Source: Nannocystales bacterium
GTDB lineage: Bacteria; Myxococcota_A; Polyangia; Nannocystales; Nannocystaceae
Direction: 5' to 3'
DNA: 64,000 nucleotides
Assembly (NCBI GenBank): GCA_050633305.1
Contig: JBOEGF010000018.1
Span: forward strand, 736,001-800,000
Made by a program: the position numbers and the translations under genes. Of this stretch, positions 48,049 through 57,320 are shown in pieces. How positions within the stretch are numbered: the stretch's first letter is position 1; each line of letters starts with the position of its first letter. The notes beneath the pieces are model-generated. The model was not told the origin of the DNA, did no database searches, and was given only the letters and a program-made list of their open reading frames with translations.

Positions 48049-48432
48049 ATGGCGCGGGGAATACTAGGTAGGCTTGCCTCTTCGTCCCCGTCTCGAGCGG
48101 CGGACGAGGTGCAGTCCATCATCGGAAACCTGCGAGCGATTCTCAACACGCGTGTTGGGGATGCTCCGGCGGCCCCGGACTTCGGGGTCATCGATCTATG
48201 CGACCTCTATCACGACTTCCCGAACGCGACGCAGTTCCTCCAGCGGAGCATTCGGGAGACTATTCAGAAGTTTGAGCCGCGCCTCACGAGTGTGCGGGTT
48301 CGTCCCGCGGCGAGTGATGATCCGTTGACACTGGTTTTTGATATCTCGGCACGTCTCACCGGTGACCGCAAACGCGGTCTCGTGCGGGTCCGGACGCAGG
48401 TCAACCAAGGTGGACGCGTAGATATCGAGTAG
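48049..48432 (+). CDS. tssE: T6SS baseplate TssE
   Basis: NLRAILNTR, PDFGVID, IQKFEPRL. Confidence 0.94.
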   Translation: MARGILGRLASSSPSRAADEVQSIIGNLRAILNTRVGDAPAAPDFGVIDLCDLYHDFPNATQFLQRSIRETIQKFEPRLTSVRVRPAASDDPLTLVFDISARLTGDRKRGLVRVRTQVNQGGRVDIE

Positions 48433-48491
48433 CCCGGTCTGGCCTGGTTTTCGCGTTCAAGCTGACGCAATTATTCGTATCCTCCAGGGCG

Positions 48492-50231
48492 TTGGGCGCG
48501 AAGTACTACGAGAGCGAGCTGCAGTACCTCCGCGAGATGGGCAAGGAGTTTTCCCTCCTTCACCCGTCGACGGCTGGTCTGCTCGCAGAGAAGGGCAGCG
48601 ACCCCGATGTCGAGCGGCTGCTCGAGGGGGTCGCGTTCCTCACGGCGCGCATTCGAGAACGGGTTGATGACGCGGTACCGGAGGTCGTCCACGGGTTGAT
48701 GCAGCTCCTGTTGCCGCACTACCTACGCACGATCCCGCCCACGTCGGTCATCCAGTACGAGCCGCCCATCAAGTCACTTCGTGGCGTTCACACTGTGTCC
48801 GAAGGGGCCAGGGTGTCCTCCAAGTCCATCAAAGGGACGGCTTGCGAGTTCCGGACGACGATGCCGGTCGACTTGCTGCCCGTCCGCATCGAAGATGCGG
48901 TGCTCGATCAGTCGAAGGGCAACTTCCCTGTCATCCGCCTGCGCATGCTGACGAGCGAGCCGGGCATGCCGATTCTCGCCCGCAAAGAAGGCCTCCGGTT
49001 TCTTCTGCACGGCGAGTTGGGCCTGTCCTCGACCCTGCACCTGTGGTTGATGCGACACCTCAAGGGGGTGAGCATCCAGTCCGATGGCGCCGAGCCGATC
49101 GCGATCGGCACCGACGTGATCAAGCCGATCGGCTTTCGCCCGCAGGACGACATGCTGCCGTGGCCGACGTTGTCTCAGCCGGGCTATCGCTACTTGCAGG
49201 AGTACTTCTGCAACCCCTCCAAGTTCCTGTACTTCGACCTGGAACGACTCGACCGGGCGCCGCTGACCGCGGAGCGGTTTGAGATCGCGTTTGAGTTCGA
49301 GCGGCCGCCCGAACTCAACCAGCGCATCACGGCCGAGACGTTCCGGTTGTTCACGACACCGGTGATCAACCTGTTTGACGTCTCGGCCGAGCCGGTCAAG
49401 CTCGACCCCAAAGTCCACGAGCACCTGCTGCGAGCCAGCGGTACACGGCATGACCACATGGAGGTCTACGCGGTTCGGGAGGTCCTTGGCATCCGGCAGG
49501 GCCAATCGCAACGTCGGACCTATGAGCCCTTCGTGGGATTCGCCCACACGGCCGACTCGCGAGAGGGCAGCTACTACACGCTGCGGCCGACGTCCTCGCC
49601 GCTCGATGACGCGACCGACAAGTACATCTCCATCGTGACGCCGCTGGGCGACACGCCGAGCCGCGACGAAGAGGTGCTCTCGATGGAGCTGACCTGCAGC
49701 AACCGCTTGCTGCCCGCTGAACTCCAGCTCGGCGAGATCAATACGACCCCGCGCGGTGTCTCCAGTCCGGCGCCGTTCAAAAACATTTCGCCCGTCACCA
49801 ATGCATCGCGCCCCAAGCTGGGCTCGGACCTTCAGTGGCGGTTGCTCTCGCACTTGTCCTTGGGCCGAGCATCGCTCGCTGACCCCCGGGTCCTGCGGAC
49901 GCTGCTGAACCTCTATAACTTCCAGCGCGAATCCTCACCCGCTCAAGGCCGGGCCAACGAGCTTCGTGTCGAGTCGATCCGCAGCATCGAGAACGAGCCG
50001 GTCACCCGGCTGATGGGCGGCGCCCCGGTCCGGGGGGTCGAGACCCGCATCGAGCTGGAGGAATCGAAGCTCGGCACCCAGGGCGACGCGTTTTTGTTCG
50101 GCTGTGTGCTCGACGAAGTGTTCGCCACCCACGTGCCGCTCAACTCGTTCAACGAACTGCACCTCATCCTCCACCCGTCGAAGGTCGAGCTCAAGTGGCC
50201 AGCGAGAAGCGGACAGCGTCGGATTCTCTGA
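48492..50231 (+). CDS. tssF: T6SS baseplate TssF
   Basis: YYESELQYLRE, DPDVERLLEGVAFL, PHYLR, GYRYLQEYF, TPVINLF, WRLLSHLSL. Confidence 0.97.
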   Translation: MGAKYYESELQYLREMGKEFSLLHPSTAGLLAEKGSDPDVERLLEGVAFLTARIRERVDDAVPEVVHGLMQLLLPHYLRTIPPTSVIQYEPPIKSLRGVHTVSEGARVSSKSIKGTACEFRTTMPVDLLPVRIEDAVLDQSKGNFPVIRLRMLTSEPGMPILARKEGLRFLLHGELGLSSTLHLWLMRHLKGVSIQSDGAEPIAIGTDVIKPIGFRPQDDMLPWPTLSQPGYRYLQEYFCNPSKFLYFDLERLDRAPLTAERFEIAFEFERPPELNQRITAETFRLFTTPVINLFDVSAEPVKLDPKVHEHLLRASGTRHDHMEVYAVREVLGIRQGQSQRRTYEPFVGFAHTADSREGSYYTLRPTSSPLDDATDKYISIVTPLGDTPSRDEEVLSMELTCSNRLLPAELQLGEINTTPRGVSSPAPFKNISPVTNASRPKLGSDLQWRLLSHLSLGRASLADPRVLRTLLNLYNFQRESSPAQGRANELRVESIRSIENEPVTRLMGGAPVRGVETRIELEESKLGTQGDAFLFGCVLDEVFATHVPLNSFNELHLILHPSKVELKWPARSGQRRIL

Positions 50232-51385
50232 GTTTGCCGAGCACGCGGCCGCCTGCGGGCAGCCGGGGCACGGTTGCGCCTCCCAGTCGCAATGACGCCG
50301 ACGCCATTCGAGACTCGCTGCTCGAGAACGCGACTCGCTACGACTTCTTCTACACCGTGGGCATGATGGAGCGTCTCGCGCCGGAGGCGGTTCGGGTGGG
50401 CGGCAACGGCCCCTACGACCGTGAAGCGATCCGCTTTCGGCATGACGCGTCGCTGGCGTTCAAAGCCGGCGACATCATGAAGGTGGAGTGGGTCGCCAAG
50501 CCGCAGGCGGCCGAAGACGCGCTCGAGGAGAAACAGTTTCGCTTCGAGATCACGACTGCGTTCTTGGGCCTGACCGGGACCGTCTCTCCCATGCCGCTGT
50601 ACCTCGCGGAGGAGGTCGCACAGGCCCAGGACACGGCCGCGGTCAAACGCGACTTCCTCGACCTGTTTCACCACCGGTTGATCTCTTTCGTCTACCGGAT
50701 CGGGGTCAAGCACGACCTCGCGCGCGAGTACCTCAAGGACGCGACCGACTCGTGGTCCAAACGCATCCTTGCGCTGGCCGGCTTCGACAGCTGGGGTGGG
50801 CACGCGATGAAGACCATCCCGCCGTGGCGGATGCTTCGCCTCGCGCCGTTGCTCTCCAGTGGTATCCGCTCCGCCCGGACGATCGAGTTGGCGCTCGAGG
50901 ACGTGTGCGGCGAGGCCTTGCAGGGTGCCGAAGTGCACGTCGAGACGTTCTCCGGTGGCTGGAGTCCACTCGACGGAGAACAGCGGATGGCCCTGGGCGA
51001 GCGAAACCACGCTCTGGGGCATGCATCGGTGCTGGGCGCCGAGTGTTTCGACAAGAGTGGGAAGGCGGTCATCGCCATCGGGCCGCTGGGCGAGAACTTC
51101 CGGCATTTCCTGGCCGATGGAGATCAGTACCCTGTCATCGTCGAGCTATTGGCCGTTCTCACCGACGAGCCGATCGTTTTTGAGATGCGACTCGACGTCC
51201 GCGACGACGCTCGACCTCCGTTCCACCTCGGTGTGACCGGGGCTCGGATGGGCGTCGACGCGTGGCTGGGTTCCGGGGTGGAGTCCGCATCGATGACCCA
51301 CGTCAACGTCGAGTTGCCGCGCCATCTCGACCGAGTTCCTTCCAACGCGAACTACGGCTGGCAATCCCGGCCGCAACGACACTGA
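50195..51385 (+). CDS. tssG: T6SS baseplate TssG
   Basis: YDFF, IRFR...LAF, FLGLTG..SPMPLY, DFLDLFHHRL. Confidence 0.95.
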   Translation: MASEKRTASDSLSLPSTRPPAGSRGTVAPPSRNDADAIRDSLLENATRYDFFYTVGMMERLAPEAVRVGGNGPYDREAIRFRHDASLAFKAGDIMKVEWVAKPQAAEDALEEKQFRFEITTAFLGLTGTVSPMPLYLAEEVAQAQDTAAVKRDFLDLFHHRLISFVYRIGVKHDLAREYLKDATDSWSKRILALAGFDSWGGHAMKTIPPWRMLRLAPLLSSGIRSARTIELALEDVCGEALQGAEVHVETFSGGWSPLDGEQRMALGERNHALGHASVLGAECFDKSGKAVIAIGPLGENFRHFLADGDQYPVIVELLAVLTDEPIVFEMRLDVRDDARPPFHLGVTGARMGVDAWLGSGVESASMTHVNVELPRHLDRVPSNANYGWQSRPQRH

Positions 51386-51399
51386 ACCGAGATTCCGAA

Positions 51400-54018
51400 A
51401 TGTCCGTCCAACCACGCAACCTCGTCAGTCGACTCAACCCCTCCTGCAACAGCGCGCTCACGGCCATGGTCGACCGGGCGGCGTCCGGCGGCTACCACGA
51501 GATCGTGGTGGAGCATCTGCTGCTTGGTCTCATCGAGGTCGAAGACGGCGACATCGCGCACATCCTCCGCTTCTTCGGCAAGGAGCAGACGCGGGTCGCG
51601 GCCGAAGTCGAGCGCGCGGTCCAGATGATGGCGACCAACCACCAGGGCAAGCCTCGGTTCTCCGCGACGCTGTTCAAGTGGATGGAGAGCACGTGGGTCA
51701 TCGCGTCCATCGAGCGGGGGTCGGTGCAGATTCGATCTGGCGATCTGTTCCTCGAGTTTCTGTCCAACCCCGGCCGTTACACCGGTGAGGCGTTCTCGGA
51801 GTTGGACGGGCTGGACCTGGTCGAACTCAAGAACAACTTCGCGGAGATCCTCTCGGGCAGCAAAGAGGCGCTCGAGGTCCCCTCGGCGGCAGGGGCAGGC
51901 GTGGCCGGCCCGGGTCAAGCCTCCGCACCGGGACGAGAGGCGCTCGACAGGTTCTGTATCTCCTTCACCGAGAAGGCGAAGCGCGGCGAGATCGACCCGA
52001 TCTTCGGACGCGACCGCGAGATTCGTCAGATGATCGACATCCTCGCGCGGCGCAGAAAAAACAACCCGATTGCCGTCGGAGAGGCCGGCGTAGGCAAGAC
52101 CGCGTTGGTCGAAGGCTTGGCCCGGGCGATCGTTCAAGGCGATGTTCCTGCGGAGCTGGCGCAGACCGAGCTGCTGTCGCTGGACATGGGCCTGCTCAAG
52201 GCCGGCGCCGGAGTCAAAGGCGAGCTCGAGAACCGATTGAAGAAGGTCATCGCCGAGGTCAAAGGTTCGCCCACCCCGATCATCATGTTCATCGACGAGG
52301 CGCACACGCTCGTGGGTGGAGGCGGCGGTGACAACGAGATCCCGAACCTGCTCAAGCCTGCGCTGGCGCGAGGCGAGTTCCGTACCGTCGCCGCCACGAC
52401 GTACTCGGAGTTCAAGAAGTACTTCGAGAAGGACCCCGCACTCGAGCGTCGGTTCCAGCCGGTTCACGTCAATCAGCCCTCGGTCGACGATGCGATCTTG
52501 ATGCTCCGCGGCTTACGGGGTGTCTACGAAAACGCCCACAACGTCGTGATTCGGGAGGATGCCGTCGTCGCGGCCGCGAAGCTCTCCGATCGCTACATCA
52601 CGGGCCGCCAGCTGCCCGACAAGGCCGTCGACTTGCTCGACACCGCAGCCGCGAGGGTTCGCATCGAGCAGGATGCTCCGCCGGCAATGGTGGTGTCGTT
52701 GCGCTCCGAGCACGCCTCACTCGAGCGCCAGCTCGACGTCATTCAGCGAGACATCGCGGACGCGGCGACCGAGGACGACGGCCGTGTCGAGGAGCTGGAG
52801 AGTCGCATGGCTGCGATCGTTGCCGAGCTGAACGCACTCGAGGAGCAACTCGGCCAAGAGAAAGAGATCATCGCCGAGATCAAGGACGCCCAGGCGATCC
52901 TTCGGGACGAGGAAGGCGAAGCCGACGCCAAGGAGAAGGCCTCCACCGACATCGTGGATGCTCGGGCGCGGCTGCAAGCGCTGCAGGGCGAGAATCCGTT
53001 GGTGCACTACGAAGTCGACGTCGACGCGGTCGGGCAGGTTGTCTCGAGCTGGACCGGCATCCCGATCGGCAAGATGCGGTCGGACTCGATCGAGACGATG
53101 CTCAAGCTCGAGGACAAGCTTGGTTCGCGCATCAAGGGCCAAGACCAGGCGACGAGCGCCGTGGCGGAAGCCATTCGCATGTCCCACGCTGGGGTGCGAA
53201 ATCCGGACACGCCCATCGCCGTGCTCCTGTTCGTCGGCCCCTCGGGCGTCGGAAAGACCGAGATGGCCCTGACGCTCGCAGACGAACTCTATGGCGGTGA
53301 GCGGTCGATGACGACCATCAACATGTCCGAGTTCCAGGAAAAACACACGGTCTCGCGCCTCATCGGGTCGCCTCCGGGCTACGTCGGGTACGGGGAAGGT
53401 GGCGTGCTCACCGAAGCCGTGCGGCACAAACCGTACAGCGTCGTGTTGCTGGACGAGGTCGAGAAGGCCGACCTCGAGGTCATGAACCTCTTCTACCAAG
53501 TGTTCGACAAGGGGATGCTGAGCGACGGCGAGGGGCGGATGGTCAACTTCCGCAACACGGTCGTCATCCTCACCAGCAACCTCGCGACCGACAAGATCAT
53601 GGGCATGCACGAGGGCGGCACCAAGCCTCCCGTCGAGGATGTCGTCGCCGCGATCTGGCCCGAGCTCTCGGGTCACTTCAAGCCCGCGCTTCTGGCCCGC
53701 ATGTCCGTCGTCCCGTATCGCCCGATGGATCCGGAGATCCTGGCCGACATCGCAAAGCTCAAGCTTGGGAGTCTCGCCAAGCGACTCCACGGTACCCACG
53801 GCATCGACACGACCTTCGAGGACTCGCTGATCGAGCACCTCGTGGCGCGCTGCACCGAGGGCGACACGGGCGCGCGTGCCCTCGACCACGCGATGCGTGG
53901 CTCCCTCATGCCCAACCTTGCGCGCGCCCTACTCGAGAAGATGGCGGACGAAGAGATGCCGCCCACGCTGTCCATCGGCCTCGACGACGATGGCGGCTGG
54001 AAGTTCAGCTTCGCCTAA
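51400..54018 (+). CDS. clpV: T6SS ATPase ClpV/TssH
   Basis: DPIFGRDREIRQMIDIL.RRRKNNPI, GEAGVGKT, LKPALARGE, RQLPDKAVDLLD, GPSGVGKT, FYQVFDKG. Confidence 0.97.
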   Translation: MSVQPRNLVSRLNPSCNSALTAMVDRAASGGYHEIVVEHLLLGLIEVEDGDIAHILRFFGKEQTRVAAEVERAVQMMATNHQGKPRFSATLFKWMESTWVIASIERGSVQIRSGDLFLEFLSNPGRYTGEAFSELDGLDLVELKNNFAEILSGSKEALEVPSAAGAGVAGPGQASAPGREALDRFCISFTEKAKRGEIDPIFGRDREIRQMIDILARRRKNNPIAVGEAGVGKTALVEGLARAIVQGDVPAELAQTELLSLDMGLLKAGAGVKGELENRLKKVIAEVKGSPTPIIMFIDEAHTLVGGGGGDNEIPNLLKPALARGEFRTVAATTYSEFKKYFEKDPALERRFQPVHVNQPSVDDAILMLRGLRGVYENAHNVVIREDAVVAAAKLSDRYITGRQLPDKAVDLLDTAAARVRIEQDAPPAMVVSLRSEHASLERQLDVIQRDIADAATEDDGRVEELESRMAAIVAELNALEEQLGQEKEIIAEIKDAQAILRDEEGEADAKEKASTDIVDARARLQALQGENPLVHYEVDVDAVGQVVSSWTGIPIGKMRSDSIETMLKLEDKLGSRIKGQDQATSAVAEAIRMSHAGVRNPDTPIAVLLFVGPSGVGKTEMALTLADELYGGERSMTTINMSEFQEKHTVSRLIGSPPGYVGYGEGGVLTEAVRHKPYSVVLLDEVEKADLEVMNLFYQVFDKGMLSDGEGRMVNFRNTVVILTSNLATDKIMGMHEGGTKPPVEDVVAAIWPELSGHFKPALLARMSVVPYRPMDPEILADIAKLKLGSLAKRLHGTHGIDTTFEDSLIEHLVARCTEGDTGARALDHAMRGSLMPNLARALLEKMADEEMPPTLSIGLDDDGGWKFSFA

Positions 54019-54071
54019 GCACGAATACTCGACCACACGGACCGTGCCCTGCATGCGGTTCGTGAGGCGCA

Positions 54072-54102
54072 GAACCTGGGCTCTCCTCGGAGGCCCAGGT
54101 TT
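54072..54102. terminator. Hairpin between convergent clpV and cassette genes
   Basis: AACCTGGGC...GCCCAGGTT inverted repeat followed by T-rich sequence on the plus strand. Confidence 0.6.
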
Positions 54103-54125
54103 CGTTGTTGCGGCAGCCGCCCAGG

Positions 54126-54929
54126 TCAGCTCGATGACCCGTCACCGTCGGCGGCCGCGCGAGCTCGAGGGCTCAACCGCGGGGCGGGCGTCCGGTCTTC
54201 GATCGTCTCGCTGGGCAGGCGTTGGAGCATCTGCGGAGACTGCTCAGCGCCCTCGACCGCATTCGCAAGGTAGTTGGGAAGGAGCAGCACCGGGCCGAGG
54301 GCCCCGAGTTGAGCCGGGGAAAACCCGCGGTCGAGAAACACGGCAGCGGTGGCGGCTGCGATGTTCATCGGTGCACCGCGTGGTTGGAGCCGTGCGTCGG
54401 CTGCGATGAGAGTTCGCCAGTGCTCGCCGTCCTCGTAGCCGCGGGAGCGCACACATTTTGCCAACGCAACCGCACGCTCGTCTTGCTCGCGGAACGCGAC
54501 GCCGAACCCCGGGATGTGGTGCAGCCGTTCGACTTCCGCGTCGAGGTGAGTGTCTCGCTCGGCGAGGGGGAGGGCGGCGAGCGATTGGAGAAAAGACGCT
54601 GCCGGGGCGTAGGTGCCCCAACCCATAAATCCGCCCGCGGTGCTGAGCATGCCCGCCGCCAAGGCTGGGACGCCGTTGCCGAAGGAGGATACGAGACGCG
54701 TGACCTTGAGTGGCCAGATGTGGGGGTCGGCTGCGAGGGAGCAGACCACGACATCTCCAAGAATCTCGCACTCTCGTTGGGATAGGCAGCGGTGCCCGAC
54801 GGCGAGAGAGAGCGCTGACCAGTGCTCGGTCTTGCCTGCGAGTTGGGATCCGACGGCAAACCCCCGGAACTGGTTTTCTCCTCGGTCTGCCCGGCCAACG
54901 GAGGTCGGGAGTTCATGGCCGTCAGTCAT
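54126..54929 (-). CDS. Divergent citrate synthase/citryl-CoA lyase-fold protein
   Basis: TSVG..FRGF..L.GK..LAVGHR N-terminus, ADPHIWP, IPGFG, QDERA, MNIAAA..AVFLDRGF. Confidence 0.65.
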   Translation of the reverse strand: MTDGHELPTSVGRADRGENQFRGFAVGSQLAGKTEHWSALSLAVGHRCLSQRECEILGDVVVCSLAADPHIWPLKVTRLVSSFGNGVPALAAGMLSTAGGFMGWGTYAPAASFLQSLAALPLAERDTHLDAEVERLHHIPGFGVAFREQDERAVALAKCVRSRGYEDGEHWRTLIAADARLQPRGAPMNIAAATAAVFLDRGFSPAQLGALGPVLLLPNYLANAVEGAEQSPQMLQRLPSETIEDRTPAPRLSPRARAAADGDGSSS

Positions 54930-55578
54930 GCCCGTCGCTCCGTGGCGGTTGGTAGTCAAAGTTGGGGAGCTGCATCGGGTAGCCGCGAACATCATTCCGT
55001 GTCGCGGCCATCGCCTCTGCGGCGAGGGTCGGCAACCGGGCAACACTGCGCGCGACCATGCGCTGCATCGGTGACGAGAGTCCTGCGGCGCTCAACACCC
55101 GGTCCGCGTGGCAGCACACGGTTGAGGTGGGGACGCCGACGGTATCTTGCACCTCGCTTGGCAGAGATCGATGGAACTCCAGGGCGGCGGGGGTTGGTTC
55201 CGACGAGGCCGATGGAGCCGCGGCTTCGGCAGAGACCTGTTCGAGCAGAGCCAACATTCCGGTCTCGAGGACGCTGCGCTCGTCGGCTCCACACCGACGC
55301 GCCAGTGTTGCGACGTGCACGGCCGCTGTATCGACACCGCCGCCACCGAGGATGATGAGAGCCATGTTCACCGCTCGCCCCCAACTCGGCGAGGGGGGCG
55401 TACCCACGAGCGCGGTTACGAGAAACTCGCCAAAGTCGTAGTGACGGGCCAGGTCCTCCTGGAGCGCGTACCCATGCACGCGAGGACGGGGCCCCGGGCT
55501 TACGACGTGCGCATCGAGTTTCTCGGGCCATGGGGTTGCCTCCACGGGCCTGCGCGAGGTGGCCTTGGGCTCGGTCAT
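54922..55578 (-). CDS. Short citrate-synthase-fold protein
   Basis: RVHGYALQEDLARHYDFGEFL..LVGTPP, AAVHVATLA, ARLPTLAAEA; overlaps both neighbours. Confidence 0.55.
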   Translation of the reverse strand: MTEPKATSRRPVEATPWPEKLDAHVVSPGPRPRVHGYALQEDLARHYDFGEFLVTALVGTPPSPSWGRAVNMALIILGGGGVDTAAVHVATLARRCGADERSVLETGMLALLEQVSAEAAAPSASSEPTPAALEFHRSLPSEVQDTVGVPTSTVCCHADRVLSAAGLSSPMQRMVARSVARLPTLAAEAMAATRNDVRGYPMQLPNFDYQPPRSDGHD

Positions 55579-57320
55579 CGGTTTCGGAATCCGGCGATTG
55601 CCTTGGCCCGGGGTCCGAGCGGAGGGACGATATCTCCGTCGACCCGCACCTCGATGAGCTTGGGTCCCTCGATGAGGAGCGATTCTCGAACAACATCATC
55701 CATCTGACCGGGACGCTCGACGACCCAAGTTGTCAGACCCATCGCCCTCGCAATCGAGGAGATATCGATCGGCTGTCGGTAGCGAACCGACTTCATCGGA
55801 GCGCCATCACCGACCAGTTTGCTGCCGTGCCAAGTGATGCCATGCATCTGGTTGTTCTCGACGATCCACAGGACGTTGATGCCGTACTCGGCAGCCGTGA
55901 GCAGGTCGAGGCCGTTCATTGTGAAGCACGCGTCACCGATGATTGCGACGACCTGGCGGTCGGGTCGGACAAGGGCCGCCCCAATCGGCGCACAAGTTCC
56001 GTGCCCCATCGAGCCAAACCCGAGGTTGAGATAGAACTCCCGCGCGCCGCCGATTCGGAGGTCGTGCACGTTGAACAGCATATGGCCACCGATGTCGCTG
56101 AAGATCAGTGCGTCGTCCGGGAGCGCGTGTCCGAGGTCAACTCTCCAGCGTTGTGGGGTCACGGGTTGCGCATCTGAGGTCCTCTCCTCGGGAGCGTCGT
56201 AGTAGCCGTGCCCTTTCTCCACGGGCGGGTGCTCGCCCCATGTGGACTGCGGCTCCCGGCCTTCGCGGACGAGGCGATGAATGTGATAGATGAGTTCGAT
56301 CGAGATCGTCTGCGCATCGCCGACGAGCGGGACGTCGACGGGGTAGTTGCGGGCGATACGGTCCACGCTGATATCCAGTTGGATCAGAGCGGTCTTGGGG
56401 CGGAAGTCGGGATGCCAGTTCAGCGTGGTCGTCTCACTCAACGACGCGCCCATTGTCAGGAGAACATCGACATCTCGGCCGAGAAGCACCTCGCGGGCCG
56501 CGCGGTGTCCTCCGATCCCCATGACGCCAAGGGAGAGCGGGTGGTCTTCGGGGAACACACCTTTTGCCCGAGGGCTCGTGGCGACTCGAGCCGGTAGTAG
56601 CTCTGCGAGCGCGAGAACATGTTGCTGGGCACGGGCGGTCGCGACCCCGGATCCGACGAGTAGGACCGGGTACTCAGCCTCGACCAGCGTCCGGGATGCT
56701 TCAGCCACCCGGTTGCGATCGAAAACCTCTGTGGTGGGGCGGTAGGATGACGGCTTGAACCATTGCTCGTCGGCGGGCTGTTCCCAGAAATCGACGGGGA
56801 CGTTTAGGTGAACGGGGCCCGGTCGCCCGGTGAGAGCAAGACGCAACGCGCGGCGCAGGTGGTGCGACATCCTTCCGGGCCCGCTGACCATCGTCGAGTA
56901 CTTGGTGACGGGCTTGAACATCGCGACGATGTCGATATCCTCGGGCGGCGTTTCTTGGGCCGCACCTTTCCCCAAGGAGTGCGACGGCGCCTGTCCGGTG
57001 ATGACGAGCAGTGGGACGCCGTCGGAGTAGGCCACAGCGACGCCGGTGAGGAGGTTGGTGGCGCCGGGGCCGGAGGTGCCCGCACAAACCGCCAAGCGTT
57101 GGCCCGCGCGCGCGTACCCATCCGCCATGAACGCGGCACCCGCTTCATGCTTCGCGACGACGAGTTCCAAGTCGTCGTCTCGCTCGATCGCCGCAAAAAG
57201 TGGGTGGAGCAGGCCGCCCGGGACGCCGAACACGACGCGCGCACCCTCAGCTCGGAGGTACCGGAGGAACACATCGATCATGCGCTCCCCGGGGGCGGGC
57301 GACGAAGGCTGCTCGTTCAC
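55575..57320 (-). CDS. Thiamine-diphosphate-dependent enzyme (acetolactate-synthase-like superfamily)
   Basis: VFGVPGG, KHEAGAAFMADGYAR (catalytic Glu), TSGPGATN, GPVHLNVP, GSMG, GDACFTMNG..ENN. The GTG start overlaps the kinase TGA; alternative ATG 57281. Confidence 0.92.
   Translation of the reverse strand: MNEQPSSPAPGERMIDVFLRYLRAEGARVVFGVPGGLLHPLFAAIERDDDLELVVAKHEAGAAFMADGYARAGQRLAVCAGTSGPGATNLLTGVAVAYSDGVPLLVITGQAPSHSLGKGAAQETPPEDIDIVAMFKPVTKYSTMVSGPGRMSHHLRRALRLALTGRPGPVHLNVPVDFWEQPADEQWFKPSSYRPTTEVFDRNRVAEASRTLVEAEYPVLLVGSGVATARAQQHVLALAELLPARVATSPRAKGVFPEDHPLSLGVMGIGGHRAAREVLLGRDVDVLLTMGASLSETTTLNWHPDFRPKTALIQLDISVDRIARNYPVDVPLVGDAQTISIELIYHIHRLVREGREPQSTWGEHPPVEKGHGYYDAPEERTSDAQPVTPQRWRVDLGHALPDDALIFSDIGGHMLFNVHDLRIGGAREFYLNLGFGSMGHGTCAPIGAALVRPDRQVVAIIGDACFTMNGLDLLTAAEYGINVLWIVENNQMHGITWHGSKLVGDGAPMKSVRYRQPIDISSIARAMGLTTWVVERPGQMDDVVRESLLIEGPKLIEVRVDGDIVPPLGPRAKAIAGFRNR

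Noticed and set aside
55575..57320. Calling the ThDP enzyme ilvB
   Set aside because: No ilvN/ilvC context; the motifs only define the superfamily.
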